Assembly: GCF_004010195.1 (NCBI RefSeq)
Contig: NW_025215113.1
Location: 44,397-64,396 of the forward strand
Origin: Chiloscyllium plagiosum
Lineage: Eukaryota
DNA length: 20,000 nucleotides
Reading direction: 5' to 3'
In this document: positions 1 to 9,824 of the stretch, in pieces
Numbering within the stretch: position 1 is the stretch's first letter
How the letters are laid out: each line of letters begins with the position of its first letter
Program-made: the position numbers and the translations under genes
The notes under the pieces: model-generated
Databases searched by the model: none
Seen by the model: the letters and a program-made list of their open reading frames with translations, nothing else
What the model was told of the DNA's origin: nothing

Positions 1-469
1 AATGTGAAAACTAATGATGTCAATAAGGCAACTGAGCCCCGGTCATAGGGCGTCCAAGCAGTAAAAAATCCAAGAAAGAGGACAGTAATAAGAACATTAC
101 CCATTAAATGTTGAAAAGGCATAATCTGGACAAACATAAACCATTCACTAAAGAACCGTCTGACATAGTTAACCTACAACAAACTCACCTCATGAACAAT
201 GCCAGCCACTAAGATTAAATTCCCAGGTACCAAAATGTTACAAGCAGGGGTAACAAGAGAAATGGCCTAGTCAACTATATCAAGGAAAGCCTCACCAAAG
301 ACACAGAAGACTTAAAATCAGATAACACCTACTTCAATTTAATTAAGATTGTTCATCACAAACATCTAGAGCCAGCAAGTGACCTGATACCCCCTGATAC
401 CCAATACAGTAATACAGCCTGCAGTATATCCAAACATCAAACTAGCAATTTCAATAGTCAGCATCATAT

Positions 470-720
470 GAAGGGTACCTCAGCAACTCAAATGTTGGAA
501 CAAAAAAAAATGAGTTCAGGCATCTGTGCTTGGCCCAAAACATGTGCAGAATGTAAAGCAGCCCAACACATTCCATTCCAACATGTGAAATACAACTACT
601 CACCAGACCTTTGCTTCATGACACATGATAACAATAGCTAAGGGAAAAGCGCTACTCATTTTCCCCCATGTCCAACTTTACCTAGTCCCCATTTGCATTA
701 GTCTTGAACACTGTCCTTAA
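470..720 (-). mobile_element. Insertion interrupting the LINE endonuclease region; possibly a very old copy of SINE family B
   Basis: LINE homology stops near 350 and resumes near 750. Resemblance to the minus-strand family B copies is weak (GGTACCTC, CAGCCCAAC, ATTTTCCCC order). Confidence 0.3.
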
Positions 721-1977
721 ACTAAAAGCTGAAAACAGGCTGGAATCTGTAGAAGAGCAATTGTTTCACCACAGTATATAATTACAAACCACCGCTAACT
801 GAATCCTACCCTTCTCTAAAAACTACATTAGCATTATTTTAATTCTCAAACTGGTCGCCACCAAATTTGCTCTGCAGGGCTCCGAAAACTTTCATCTGTG
901 CTGGGCCTGAGAAGTGAATGATTCATGGAAGAACCCAGAGAAACTGAAAATCCCGATGTGGTAGCACAGAACTTGAATCTCTTAACAAAGAAGACATCAT
1001 AAAATGGTGGGGAACAATGGAGAAAATTGATGTCACTCAAGTTGAAAGATGTAGAAACTCAGAATACAACCTGGGAGCAGCTAAGTAATAACCACACCGG
1101 CAGACCAGAATCAACACTGTTGTCATTGGTTCCTAGCACCTAAAACACTCAAACAAACTGGCCAGCAGGGAAGATAAATGGATGGTTGAAAACAACCCTG
1201 ATGTATTATCTCAAAGCTTTTCCAGAGCAAACATCTCAAAACCTTATACACAAGAGCAAGTTCATAGCATCCTAACAGTACCCAAACCAAACAAAGCAGC
1301 AGGGGTCAATGAGATTTACCCTAAATTCCTGAAAAAGAATGGATCTAAGGAAAAGAAGTGACTAGAAAAGCTGTTTAGAAACATCCACAGCACAATCATC
1401 ATTCCAAACATATGTCACCAATCCAATACTGTGGCAAATGCCAAGATAGGGAAACTACTCAGTAACCCACGCAGTTCCCACTCCATCAGTATGCTTTCAA
1501 TTAAACGTAACATTCGGAACACCTCTTGCTAAAGAGATTATTTCCCACTCTGGAATCAGTGATTCTCCTCTCACATTTTTCATTTAACATCGTTAGTGTC
1601 ACAAAAGGCCTGAAGACAGGAACCACCTTCACTTATCATGTGCGTAGGACACACTGTGATGCACAGACATGCTGCTGAATCTCTCTAATCTCATGTGCAA
1701 CATGAAAATAATGCAACTAATCAATTCCACATTGATTTGTGACAGTTCCAAGAATACCCCTTGTAGATCAAATCAGCCAACAATAGAATCCTAGAAGTAT
1801 CAGTCCTCACACCAGCTTCCTTCAAAACATTTACTAAAGACCTCTCCCTCACAAAGCCACTGCTGTTATGTTTGGCTGGAGCTCGAACTTCAGGATATTG
1901 AGTGGACACTCACTGCAGATCTACATTCTCTGAAAGCCTACTGCAGAAAATTAAAAGAAAACTCCAAATTAAAAAAT

Positions 1978-2191
1978 GGATATCAGTTAGCTCAGTTGGT
2001 TAGACAGCTGGTTTGCAATGCAGAGTGACACAACCAGCACAGGTTCAATCCCAGCACTGACCAAGGTTACCATGAAGGTCCAACCTTCTCAATTTCCCCC
2101 CTCGCCTAATGCATGGTGACCCTCAGGTTAAATTCACTACATGTCCTCTCTTTCAAAGAGAATGGGACTATGATGTCTTTACCTTTTACTT
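1978..2191 (+). mobile_element. tRNA-derived SINE, family A, inserted in the LINE RT region
   Basis: A box TAGCTCAGTTGG 1988-1999; B box GGTTCAATCCC 2042-2052; core CCTCGCCTAATGCATGGTGACCCTCAGGTTAAA; tail CTTTACCTTTTACTT; flanking AAAATGGA at 1973-1980 and 2195-2202 (possible TSD); alignable to 4460-4667. Confidence 0.9.
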
Positions 2192-3329
2192 GAGAAAATG
2201 GAAACACCAACTAAACACTACCAAGATTAAATTCCACCTGAAAAACCTAAAGCCCAGGGAAGATCACAATGTCCCGACCTGTGACTGAACACTTAATCAT
2301 GACCCAATGCTAAATTATCTTGGAATCTCTCTTGACTGCACTTTGATCTGCCAGAAACACTGCCAGAACACAAGAGTCAAGATTAATATGAGAGGGAATC
2401 TTATATAGAAACTAATGGATACTATTAGCAAACGCAGAGCAAATGTATAATGCAGGGCTTCACTTGTCCAGGTCATCTTTACAGTGGAGCACTGCTACTC
2501 AACTTGGCTCAGAAGCCATCATACAAGCCTTCAGGAAGCCACTTGGATTTTGCCTTCCTGTATTAGCGTTGAGACTTCTAATCATCTGTAGCAAAAAGAT
2601 CCTCTTCAGGAATACCACTAGCTGGCAGTTTACAAAGCACATCAATTGATAAGGAATCTCAAAAATAAAATCCACGCACTCATCTTAAATTCCACAGTTC
2701 CTCCTGAAACATTCTCCACACCCTACAAACTGACAACAGACCCACCTCTAGGTAATGCACCTCCTGGCTGAACGCAGAAATCACCAGCTGCAAACTGATC
2801 TGAGTGTTGAAGACCCAGATCTCAGCCTTCCACAGAGAATCTCAACAACTCACAGCTATTTGAGGATGAGCCTGGGATGAACAGCCACTTGTTCCACAAA
2901 TAAAAGATGAGGAACAACATAAATTTAAATGTGAACATTGAAGTCAGACCTTTGGCCACATGCCGAAATTCAGAACCATTCATGCTGTCAATGAATTGAG
3001 TTGAATGGATTGTTCATCTTGATGTGCAACTATAACTGCTTCCTCAACCACACAAATATAAAATGTAATCTCCCTTTTGAGCTATTGCTGGCTACAATTA
3101 AGATAAAAATTGTCACTTGCTTTATTTGGGAAGGGGTGGACAGTGATCTAGGTAGGCACCATTATCTATTTTTTCTGTTCAGAATTTTAAAAATATCAAA
3201 ATAATATAAATTATAAATTATTGACAATGCAGTGAAATATTGGTGGGTCCCATATTTCATGTTCGTTTATTTCAATGCTGTTTATGAAATCTTACTCTGA
3301 AACGGACTCTTGCATTCACACAGAAAAGA

Positions 3330-3425
3330 ATAGTGAGACTGCTTTTAAAAGTAAATCACAGTAATTGACATATTTTGAGAAGCTCTATGAGCTATAGTAA
3401 GGTGCTAAATAAATGCATGTGTTTT
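3330..3425 (+). mobile_element. 3' tail fragment of a DeuSINE/L2-tailed element
   Basis: GTGAGACTGCTTTTAAAAGTA...AAGGTGCTAAATAAATGCATGT resembles the recalled L2-type tail AAGGCGCTATATAAATGCAAGT and the reverse tail at 15495-15520. Confidence 0.45.
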
Positions 3426-3847
3426 TATTATTGTCAAATCCCAGTTCTCCCACCTGTAGTTTCTCTGTAAAGTGTCATGGTACAATTTGATAAGAATTGT
3501 ACCAATTCTAAAATAAATATTACAGCTCATGTCAAAGTCCATCTTACATCAGATTTGATTAAAACAAGTTGAACTTTCCATCAAGGCTTTCCATCAAGGG
3601 ACAGTGACAGGTGTTGACGGAGGTTTGAGAAGTCAATCAATTCAATTGACATTTTGAGTTCTGTTCACATTCGTTTATTGCAGAGATAAAACTACTCAAG
3701 GAGAGTGAGGTGCAACCAGTAGAGTGAATTAAATGGTCAAATCTGGTCTTGCTCTGTGATCTCACAAAACAGAGTTCAGTGGAAATAAATATGCTTAAAT
3801 GGATAATCTTGGAATTATATTACTCAAGTTTGTTTCATCTACTTTCC

Positions 3848-4030
3848 TCACAGCTGGCTGATAAGCAGGATGATATGAGCTGAGAAGTCCATATCTCTAT
3901 TTGGTGATCCGATATCACTCTGAGTTGGCTGATTTTGTTTAGGCTGGTGATCGTCCTAATGCAATTGGTGTCATTTGTAGCTTAGATAAGGAAAAGTCAG
4001 TTAAAGTGCTACTCCTGATTGTTATTTCAA
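3848..4030 (+). mobile_element. Old SINE family B, 5' half
   Basis: CTGAGTTGGCTGAT...CAATTGGTGTCA...GGAAAAGTCAG...CTCCTGATTGTTAT is collinear with the reverse complements of 9660-9760 and 19640-19760. Confidence 0.6.
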
Positions 4031-5305
4031 AGCCACAAGTTAGGTACAAATGAGAAGAGCTAGGCTGATGCATGTAGAATAATCATGTTATCTGAACTAT
4101 TGCTTAAAAGTTCCTGATTTTTTTTTTATCACCAAGACAGCACCCTCAGAAGTCCATTCTCTATGTTAATCATAAGCTTTTGAAGGAGCTCCAAACTTCT
4201 AAGGCCCTGTATAATTTCAAATGGGCATCCTTTATCCCAATGTCACAATTTAGTTTGAAGTAAAACACTGTCGTACTTTTGGATATCATTCCAAAGTAAT
4301 TTTTTCTTTTTTTCATTTGTCAGCTAGATCCTTTTGAGGCTGAGTAGGTTTGTTTTTCTAGTCTTTCCTCATAATATAGCACTGCTACATTAGGAATCAA
4401 TCTTGTCACTCTTTTCTGAATCATCTCCCTTTTAATCTAGTGACTAGTACACAACACTCGGGGTTGGTTAGTTCAGTTGGTTAGATGGCTACTTTGGAAG
4501 GCAGAGTGATGCTAACAGTGAACATTCAACTCTTGCACCATAATGGACTCTCCTTCCTGCCATTCACCTTACCTGAGGCTCTGGTAACTCTGAATATAAA
4601 CCACTAACAGTGACTCTTATCAGACAGCAGCCGTATGATCTGGTAAGAATTCAGTAACTTTACTTTTCCTCAACAAATACTGAAGGTGTGGTCACATCAA
4701 AACACTATGATCATGGCCTCCTGCCTTTTGTAGGTCATTGTCGTGATTGGAATTCTAGTTGCTTTTCTGATTTCTCTGCAATATTTAGGCATTTTTAATG
4801 TCATGCCTATTCATGCTTGAATCTCTCTTAACCTTTGTATTAGTAATTTTGACATAGTGTGTAGAGTACTTTTTCTTGCTAAACTGTAGTTCATTATATT
4901 TAAACATCTTCCAAATTTGACCTGTTTTAATTTATTTTGTACTTTATCTAGTTCACTTCATTTTTCTGCCTTTCAAGAACTAGCAGTCACTTCTAGTTTG
5001 AAATCGCCTATAAATGGAGCCCATCTGCTTTGAGTTTCACAATCCAAGTCCTTGAAATCAGGTGATAGCTCAACATTGAACCCCAGGATCCTGACACCTC
5101 CTTCCATGTCACCACTCAGCCCCACCCTCCACCTACATAATTACTTCAATCATTATGTGCTGTTCCCACCCTTCAATCAATATCTTATACATTTTCAACT
5201 TCTGCCTGAATGCCCCATTTTGTCAGCTGTTGTTTGGAATTCAAGGTAGACCTTATAAGGTGTTCATGGCCAATTTAGTTGGAATTTTCTTGAGCAAGCC
5301 AGAGG
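4030..5305 (-). mobile_element. 5'-truncated, decayed CR1 LINE (RT to 3' UTR), interrupted by a SINE
   Basis: Minus-strand translation: VYLEFQTTADKMGH 5251-5210 (VYLDFQKAFDKVPH), KDLDCETQSRWAPFIGDFKL with FIGD 5014-5003 (INDLD...KFADDTKL), TLKMPKYCREIRKATRI about 4800-4750, PHLQY 4691-4677 (RPHLEY), EMIQKRVTRLIPNVAVLYYEERLEK 4427-4353 (ERVQRRATRLIP.L..LSYEERL), YFKLN near 4260. Confidence 0.9.
4460..4667 (+). mobile_element. tRNA-derived SINE, family A, second copy, inserted in the CR1
   Basis: GGGGTTGGTTAGTTCAGTTGGTTAGATGGCT...GCAGAGTGATGCTAACAG...ACCTGAGGCTCTGGTAACTCTG...ACTTTACTTTT is collinear with 1978-2191. CR1 motifs continue on both sides. Confidence 0.85.
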
Positions 5306-5485
5306 AACCAGCAACTCTTATTGGAAGTGATGCACATTTGGTGTGAATTGGGCCAAGATATAATTATCCCTTCAAACTACTGCCAGTGCAAATAGCCTCA
5401 AGTGTGGAACAGGAAGTTTGCAAGTGCCTGTGAAGATTTCCCCAACAAACGAGTCAATACCTTCAGGAGAATAGGGCAGAGGAAC
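5305..5485 (+). mobile_element. Old SINE family B, 3' half
   Basis: CCAGCAACTCTTATTGGAAGTG...AAATAGCCT...CCTGTGAAGATTTCCCCAACAAACGAGTCAATACCTTCAGGAGA resembles the 3' part of the 14075-14395 copy. Confidence 0.5.
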
Positions 5486-6946
5486 ATCTTTTAAAAAATG
5501 TTTGCTCCTCATCAACTGCAGCAGTATTGCAGCCAGAGCAGAGTTCAAGTGATGCCAGGTTATCTCCTCAAGGCAACCTCACATTATATGCAGCAACTAA
5601 TCTCGATGACTTTAATCCAGAGTCATACTGCATGTAATTGACCTAGCAAATAATGCTCCCCGTTGAAAACTGTGTTGCAGGCTGTTTGTGAGCAAAGTGT
5701 ATGTATAGCAATATTAAACCCAGTCATTTACTGTGCACCAGGAAACATTTGCTTCAACATGACTTCAGTGCAGGAGAATCCAAAGACTTCAAATTTATTC
5801 AATAATAAATTTCATGACTTTTCTATTTAGTGCAGTCCTCTACGCACAGGATAACACAGCAGAAGTGGGGCAGATGTCTCAGCAGCATGGTATCAATGGT
5901 TGACTAATGTATTGAGTGCCCTCTGCCACAACTCCTATTATCATCCAAACAACAACAGGTGCAGGCATTGGCTGCCCTCCGAGCATTCAAATTCAGACAC
6001 AGCCATTTGCTTTTATGAGACTTTGTCCCATTAATAAAGCGTTTGGACATTTCTCACAGCTTTGATGTGAAATAAACATTTTTTGGTGGAATTTTAGTTA
6101 AACTGTTGGAATTAAGATTAAAATTAAGTGTTTATCATTAAAATATGTTGAGATCTAAGTATACAAACTGATTGCTATTATTATTTTAGATTACAAATTT
6201 TGCACACTGAAATACATTGTAATTAGTAGTTACAGCATGTAGGGCAAAGTGATGAAGCAACGCTGAAAATTGAAGTAATAATTATTTGTAAAACTACGAC
6301 AAGATAAAGAGTGAAATACAGTAAACATGCTTCAATTTTAAGTTAGTCAATTCAAGTACAGCAGAGTGGTTAATATTGCCGCCCTTGACATTTCATCTTA
6401 TACGTCGGTATACATGTTGGTCACTGCACTCACCTCTTCTGAGTTCATTCAGATATAGCAGGGCACTTACTAATCTCAAGCCTTCCTCTCTCCATCCACA
6501 CACACTTTGGCAATGAAGTCAATGATCGCTGGTCTCAATCCCTCCCCCGCCATGAAGCTCATTAAGAAACAAACTGTTCTAAGTTGTAATGGAACTGATA
6601 ACTGCATCCAAATGAAACTTTTCCCCACAAGTCTGGTATATGCCAGCTGGCCAAGTCCCATTGACGTGACATTGTGAAAGTGTTTGTTTCCTCCTCCACA
6701 TTCCCTGCTGCAAACAAATACTTCACTGATTCAATTGCCAGCAAAAATAGCAAAACTTTCAAGGAATGAGATGAGATCAAATGGCACTTTTTCTTTCTGA
6801 TCTCAATATACTATTGAACCAGCAGTTAACAGGTTAACTGATTGTAACTGAGTAGTGAGTCTATCTAATGAACTCTGACATCTGTATATTCAACTTTCAA
6901 ACACCAACTGAGAATTTCCCATTAAGAGATGATCTGCCATTTTTCT

Positions 6947-7260
6947 CACTGATCTCTACTCTTGTACATTATTGGTCTGTTACTGATCTTTGCTTTATAC
7001 AGCACATGCGTATTATTAATCTTTGATCCTGTAAATAAGTGACCTATTATCAGTATTGCTCTTCTCTACTATAGGCTATTAGTTGCAGATTTCTGTTCCT
7101 GTACAATATTGGGTCAGTTATTAACTTCTATCTGCGTACAGTATTGTTCAGATATTATTCCCTCTGTTCAATATTGATATATTACTGATCCCTGCTCCTA
7201 TATGATATTGGCTGTGTCTGATCTCTGCTCAAAACAATATTGACCTGTATTCATTTCTAT
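6947..7260. repeat. Degenerate minisatellite, unit about 33 bp, about 9 units
   Basis: Units such as CACTGATCTCTACTCTTGTACATTATTGGTCTGT, TACTGATCCCTGCTCCTATATGATATTGGCTGTG and TCTGATCTCTGCTCAAAACAATATTGACCTG. Confidence 0.75.
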
Positions 7261-7559
7261 GATAACAACTGCCAATCTGAATCTGCTACAAGACTAATGT
7301 GTCCTTAGATTTCACTGATGCAAAGACACAAGTGAAACCTGACTCTACATTTCACAATGCATGTGACAAGAAATATAATATTGCATGTAACAAGATCTAA
7401 TTCCAGCATTAATGATACTTACTAAAAATACAGAAAGAAAGGAGGAGCAGAGAGAAGGCAGTGTCCTTGCGTCAGTTAACTAGAGTTGATCTCCAGTTGG
7501 ATGCAGTAGCTGATACTCACCTGAAGTGGTGCAGAACTCTTGCAACACAGAGAATCACA

Positions 7560-8085
7560 TAGCATTCATAGTGAAGGTTGTGGAGTCTTTTGCTGGGATT
7601 ATGAATTTATCTGTGCAATGCAATGTTCATTAGCAGAGGCATGTCTGGTATGGTTCATGTTAGCCACACAAATATCTATGGGCCAACAAGCTCCATTGAA
7701 ATAACACAAGGCATTCAGACATTTCCACAATGACTGAGACAGATCATGTGGGATTCATAGTTGCACAGACCTGGAACATCCCAGTTTCAGTCCCAAATCT
7801 CTTCCAAATGAGTAGACTGGCAATGCAGCCAGTGTCTCCAAACAGCTAACTGCTCAAAGTGTACAAGAACCTCATCAATGGAATGGCAATGAAGCCTGTC
7901 CATAAACATTATGGTCAATTCACCATCGGCTATGTAATGCCCACCACCTGCTCCATGTCTGTCATAGCCAAAGAAATGGACCTTCAGCACCCATGTACAC
8001 AGATGATGATGCCCACTAGATTCAGCTGCATCGGCCTCAGGGCCTGTCAGCATCATGCTGGCCTGGAACTGTTGAGCTGTACTAG
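7560..8085 (+). mobile_element. Possible heavily decayed PIF/Harbinger (HARBI1-like) transposase remnant
   Basis: Frame of the 7859-8119 ORF reads SVPNLFQ...PNS*LLKVYKNL...QFTIGYV...DLQHP...GLEL, loosely collinear with recalled Harbinger motifs SQVP.LF, PL..WLMTP.RNP, EQTIG.L, ALQY. Catalytic acidic residues not recognisable. Confidence 0.4.
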
Positions 8086-8101
8086 GATCCCTTGTGTAAA
8101 A

Positions 8102-8340
8102 AAGAACATAATAACTTAATGAACAGAAACAGCAAAAAGACATTCAACACTTTAAGCCTTCCCTGTTAGTCACTAATATTGTGATTGAATGTCTGCTTCA
8201 ACTCCACTTCTCTGCACTATCTCCTATATTCTATGATTTGCTTTGTATCCAAAAATATGTGCCCCTCTCATGAATATAATCAATAACTAAGCATCCACCC
8301 TCTCTAAGTTATAGTATTCCAAAGTTTCACAACCCTTGAA
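8102..8340 (-). mobile_element. CR1 LINE 3' end fragment
   Basis: Minus translation RVVKLWNT 8336-8313 (RVVNLWNSLP); AGAACATAA terminus at 8103; CTTCAACTCCACTT and CCAAAAATATGT typical of shark CR1 3' UTR; similar to 17100-17280. Confidence 0.8.
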
Positions 8341-8454
8341 ATGCACCCAAGACTGAAATACATATCTTAATGAGGATCAACACTCCAAATAGATAATGCC
8401 TCCCACTGAGAAGCTACCTTTTAAGCTCTGACAAATAGGCTGCCAATATTTTAT

Positions 8455-8670
8455 GAAAGCAAAATGCTGAAGATCTGAAATGCAAACAAAAAGTACTGGA
8501 AAAACCCAAACAAGTCTGGCCAGATCTGTGAAGGAAGAAGCAGACTCCCAGACTTTTCAAGTCACATGAGTTCTATAAAAGAGCAGACATTGGAGACAAA
8601 TTTAGAATCAAGTTCCTCACCACAGCAAACACTAAGATTTTCTAATTGTAGAACACTTTAGTATTTTCTC
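8455..8670. mobile_element. Penelope-like element terminal-repeat derivative with imperfect inverted arms
   Basis: AAAGCAAAATGCTGAAGATCTGAAATGCAAACAAAAAGTACTGGAAAAACCC...GTCTGGCCAGATCTGTG matches a recalled abundant shark repeat. CTGTGAAGGAA (8526-8536) is imperfectly complementary to TTCCTCACCACAG (8613-8625). Confidence 0.6.
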
Positions 8671-8751
8671 AATAAGTTTGAAGATTTGGATTCTGAGCGG
8701 TCTTATCTGTAATACATAGCTTAACTCCTATGTTAATGCTTGTCAAAGTGT

Positions 8752-9108
8752 TGCAACATTTTTTTCTTAGTATTTATTCACAAGTTGTGGGCCTCGCTGT
8801 CTGGGCCAGCATTTATTGCACATCCCAAATGGCCCTCAGGGCAATTAACAGTCGACCATATTGCTGTGGGTCTGCAGTCACATACAGACCAGATCAGGTA
8901 AGGATGGCAGTTTCCCTCCCTAAAGGACATTAGTGAACCATCTGGGTTTTCCTGACAGTCAAGAATGGATTCATGGTCATCAATAGAATCCTAATTCCAG
9001 ATTTTTGTTGAATACATCTGTTGTGGTGGGATTCAAACCTAGATCCCCAGAAATTATGGTCTCTGGATTAACAGTGCAGTGATAATATGACTAGGCCATC
9101 TCCTCCCC
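8752..9108 (-). mobile_element. Full-length tRNA-derived SINE (family C) with LINE-derived tail, abundant shark type
   Basis: Minus head GGGGAGGAGATGGCCTAGT, B box GGTTTGAATCCC (9039-9028), body GGTTCACTAATGTCCTTTAGGGAGGGAAACTGCC, tail GCAATAAATGCTGGCCCAGACAGCGAGGCCCACA; candidate TSD TTGTCAAAGTGT 8740-8751 versus TTGTCAGAATAT 9109-9120 (9/12 identical, differences all transitions). Confidence 0.9.
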
Positions 9109-9559
9109 TTGTCAGAATATGTGTGTTGAGAATTTGGAAGAAGAGTACATTATTTCCGGTGAATTATTTCCAAAACTTTGCAACAGAACAAAGCCTGTAA
9201 ATCCCAGTGTTTAAAATTATTTGTAATCATAGATCAATTTATGTGCAGAAATGCAATTGTACCAGTCTCTTAACCACTTTTCTTGCATTCAAAGACAAGA
9301 AGGAATTTCATGTTGTAACTTGTACTGCTGAGATGATATTTTGTACATTCTATGTATTGATAAGAGAAGCACGGGTTTGTTGCATACTTAGTTTTGCTTA
9401 TTCAAGTAAGATACCCTTTCATATTTGTCATAGAACTGAAATATTTGCCTGTTCAGTATATTCGGTTTCTTGCGAGAAAACCTATCTCTTTGTTAATCTC
9501 AAATTTTGTTTGTAGATATGTACCATTTTCATAAGAAAGAAGTCATTTGCATAGACTTT

Positions 9560-9795
9560 TCCCCTCCCTCCTCCAAGTAAGTATTATTGCTGAATTATGA
9601 TTGCTGCTGGGCCCAAGGTAACTTCATTTGTGAGCTCTGAGAAGAAGTATTGTGGCCACAGCTGATGCCCTTCCCCCTTCTCTGTCCTGAGATCACAAAG
9701 CCAATTGTAATATCTCACCATTAACTCTATGAAATCATCAAAATCAGCACAATTCTGTACTCAGTGCAACATCATATGATGTATGCCCATGCACA
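9560..9795 (-). mobile_element. Old SINE family B copy with internal deletions
   Basis: GCTGATGCCCTTCCCC...GCCAATTGTAAT...GAAATCATCAAAATCAGCACA is the reverse complement counterpart of 3915-4005. Confidence 0.55.
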
Positions 9796-9824
9796 AAAGT
9801 ATTAGCCTACTGATGGGCTTTGAA

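Larger units (their letters stand above)
1..3063 (+). mobile_element. Decayed non-LTR retrotransposon, Ingi/Vingi-like (APE endonuclease + RT + C-terminal zinc-knuckle region, no RNase H seen); 5' end probably outside the window
   Basis: Manual translation gives ordered motifs: PLNVE 101-115 (QLNVEG), DIVNLQQTHL 162-191 (DILCLQETH), YKPP 783-794, NNPD about 1190-1201 (YNPD), KAAGVNEIYPKFLKK 1293-1337, AKIGKLLSNPRSSHSISMLS 1440-1499 (PKPGK..YRPISLLS), LEVSVLTPASFKTFTKDL 1791-1844 (PQGSVLAP.LFN.YT.DL), YLGISLDCTL 2316-2345 then QKHCQNTRVKINMRGNLI*KL, HLFHK*K and QTFGHM about 2887-2962, EWIVHLDVQL* ending 3035. Many stops and frameshifts; YADD not found. Confidence 0.85.

Noticed and set aside
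1978..2060. Genuine tRNA gene
   Set aside because: A and B boxes continue into a SINE body and tail shared with 4460-4667; no convincing cloverleaf.
6947..7260. CRISPR array
   Set aside because: Contiguous degenerate units without unique spacers, no cas genes, vertebrate context.
8467..8480. Intact hammerhead core CTGAAGA-TCT-GAAA
   Set aside because: Only 3 nt between the boxes, so no stem II, and it lies in the arm of the repeat rather than at the expected site.
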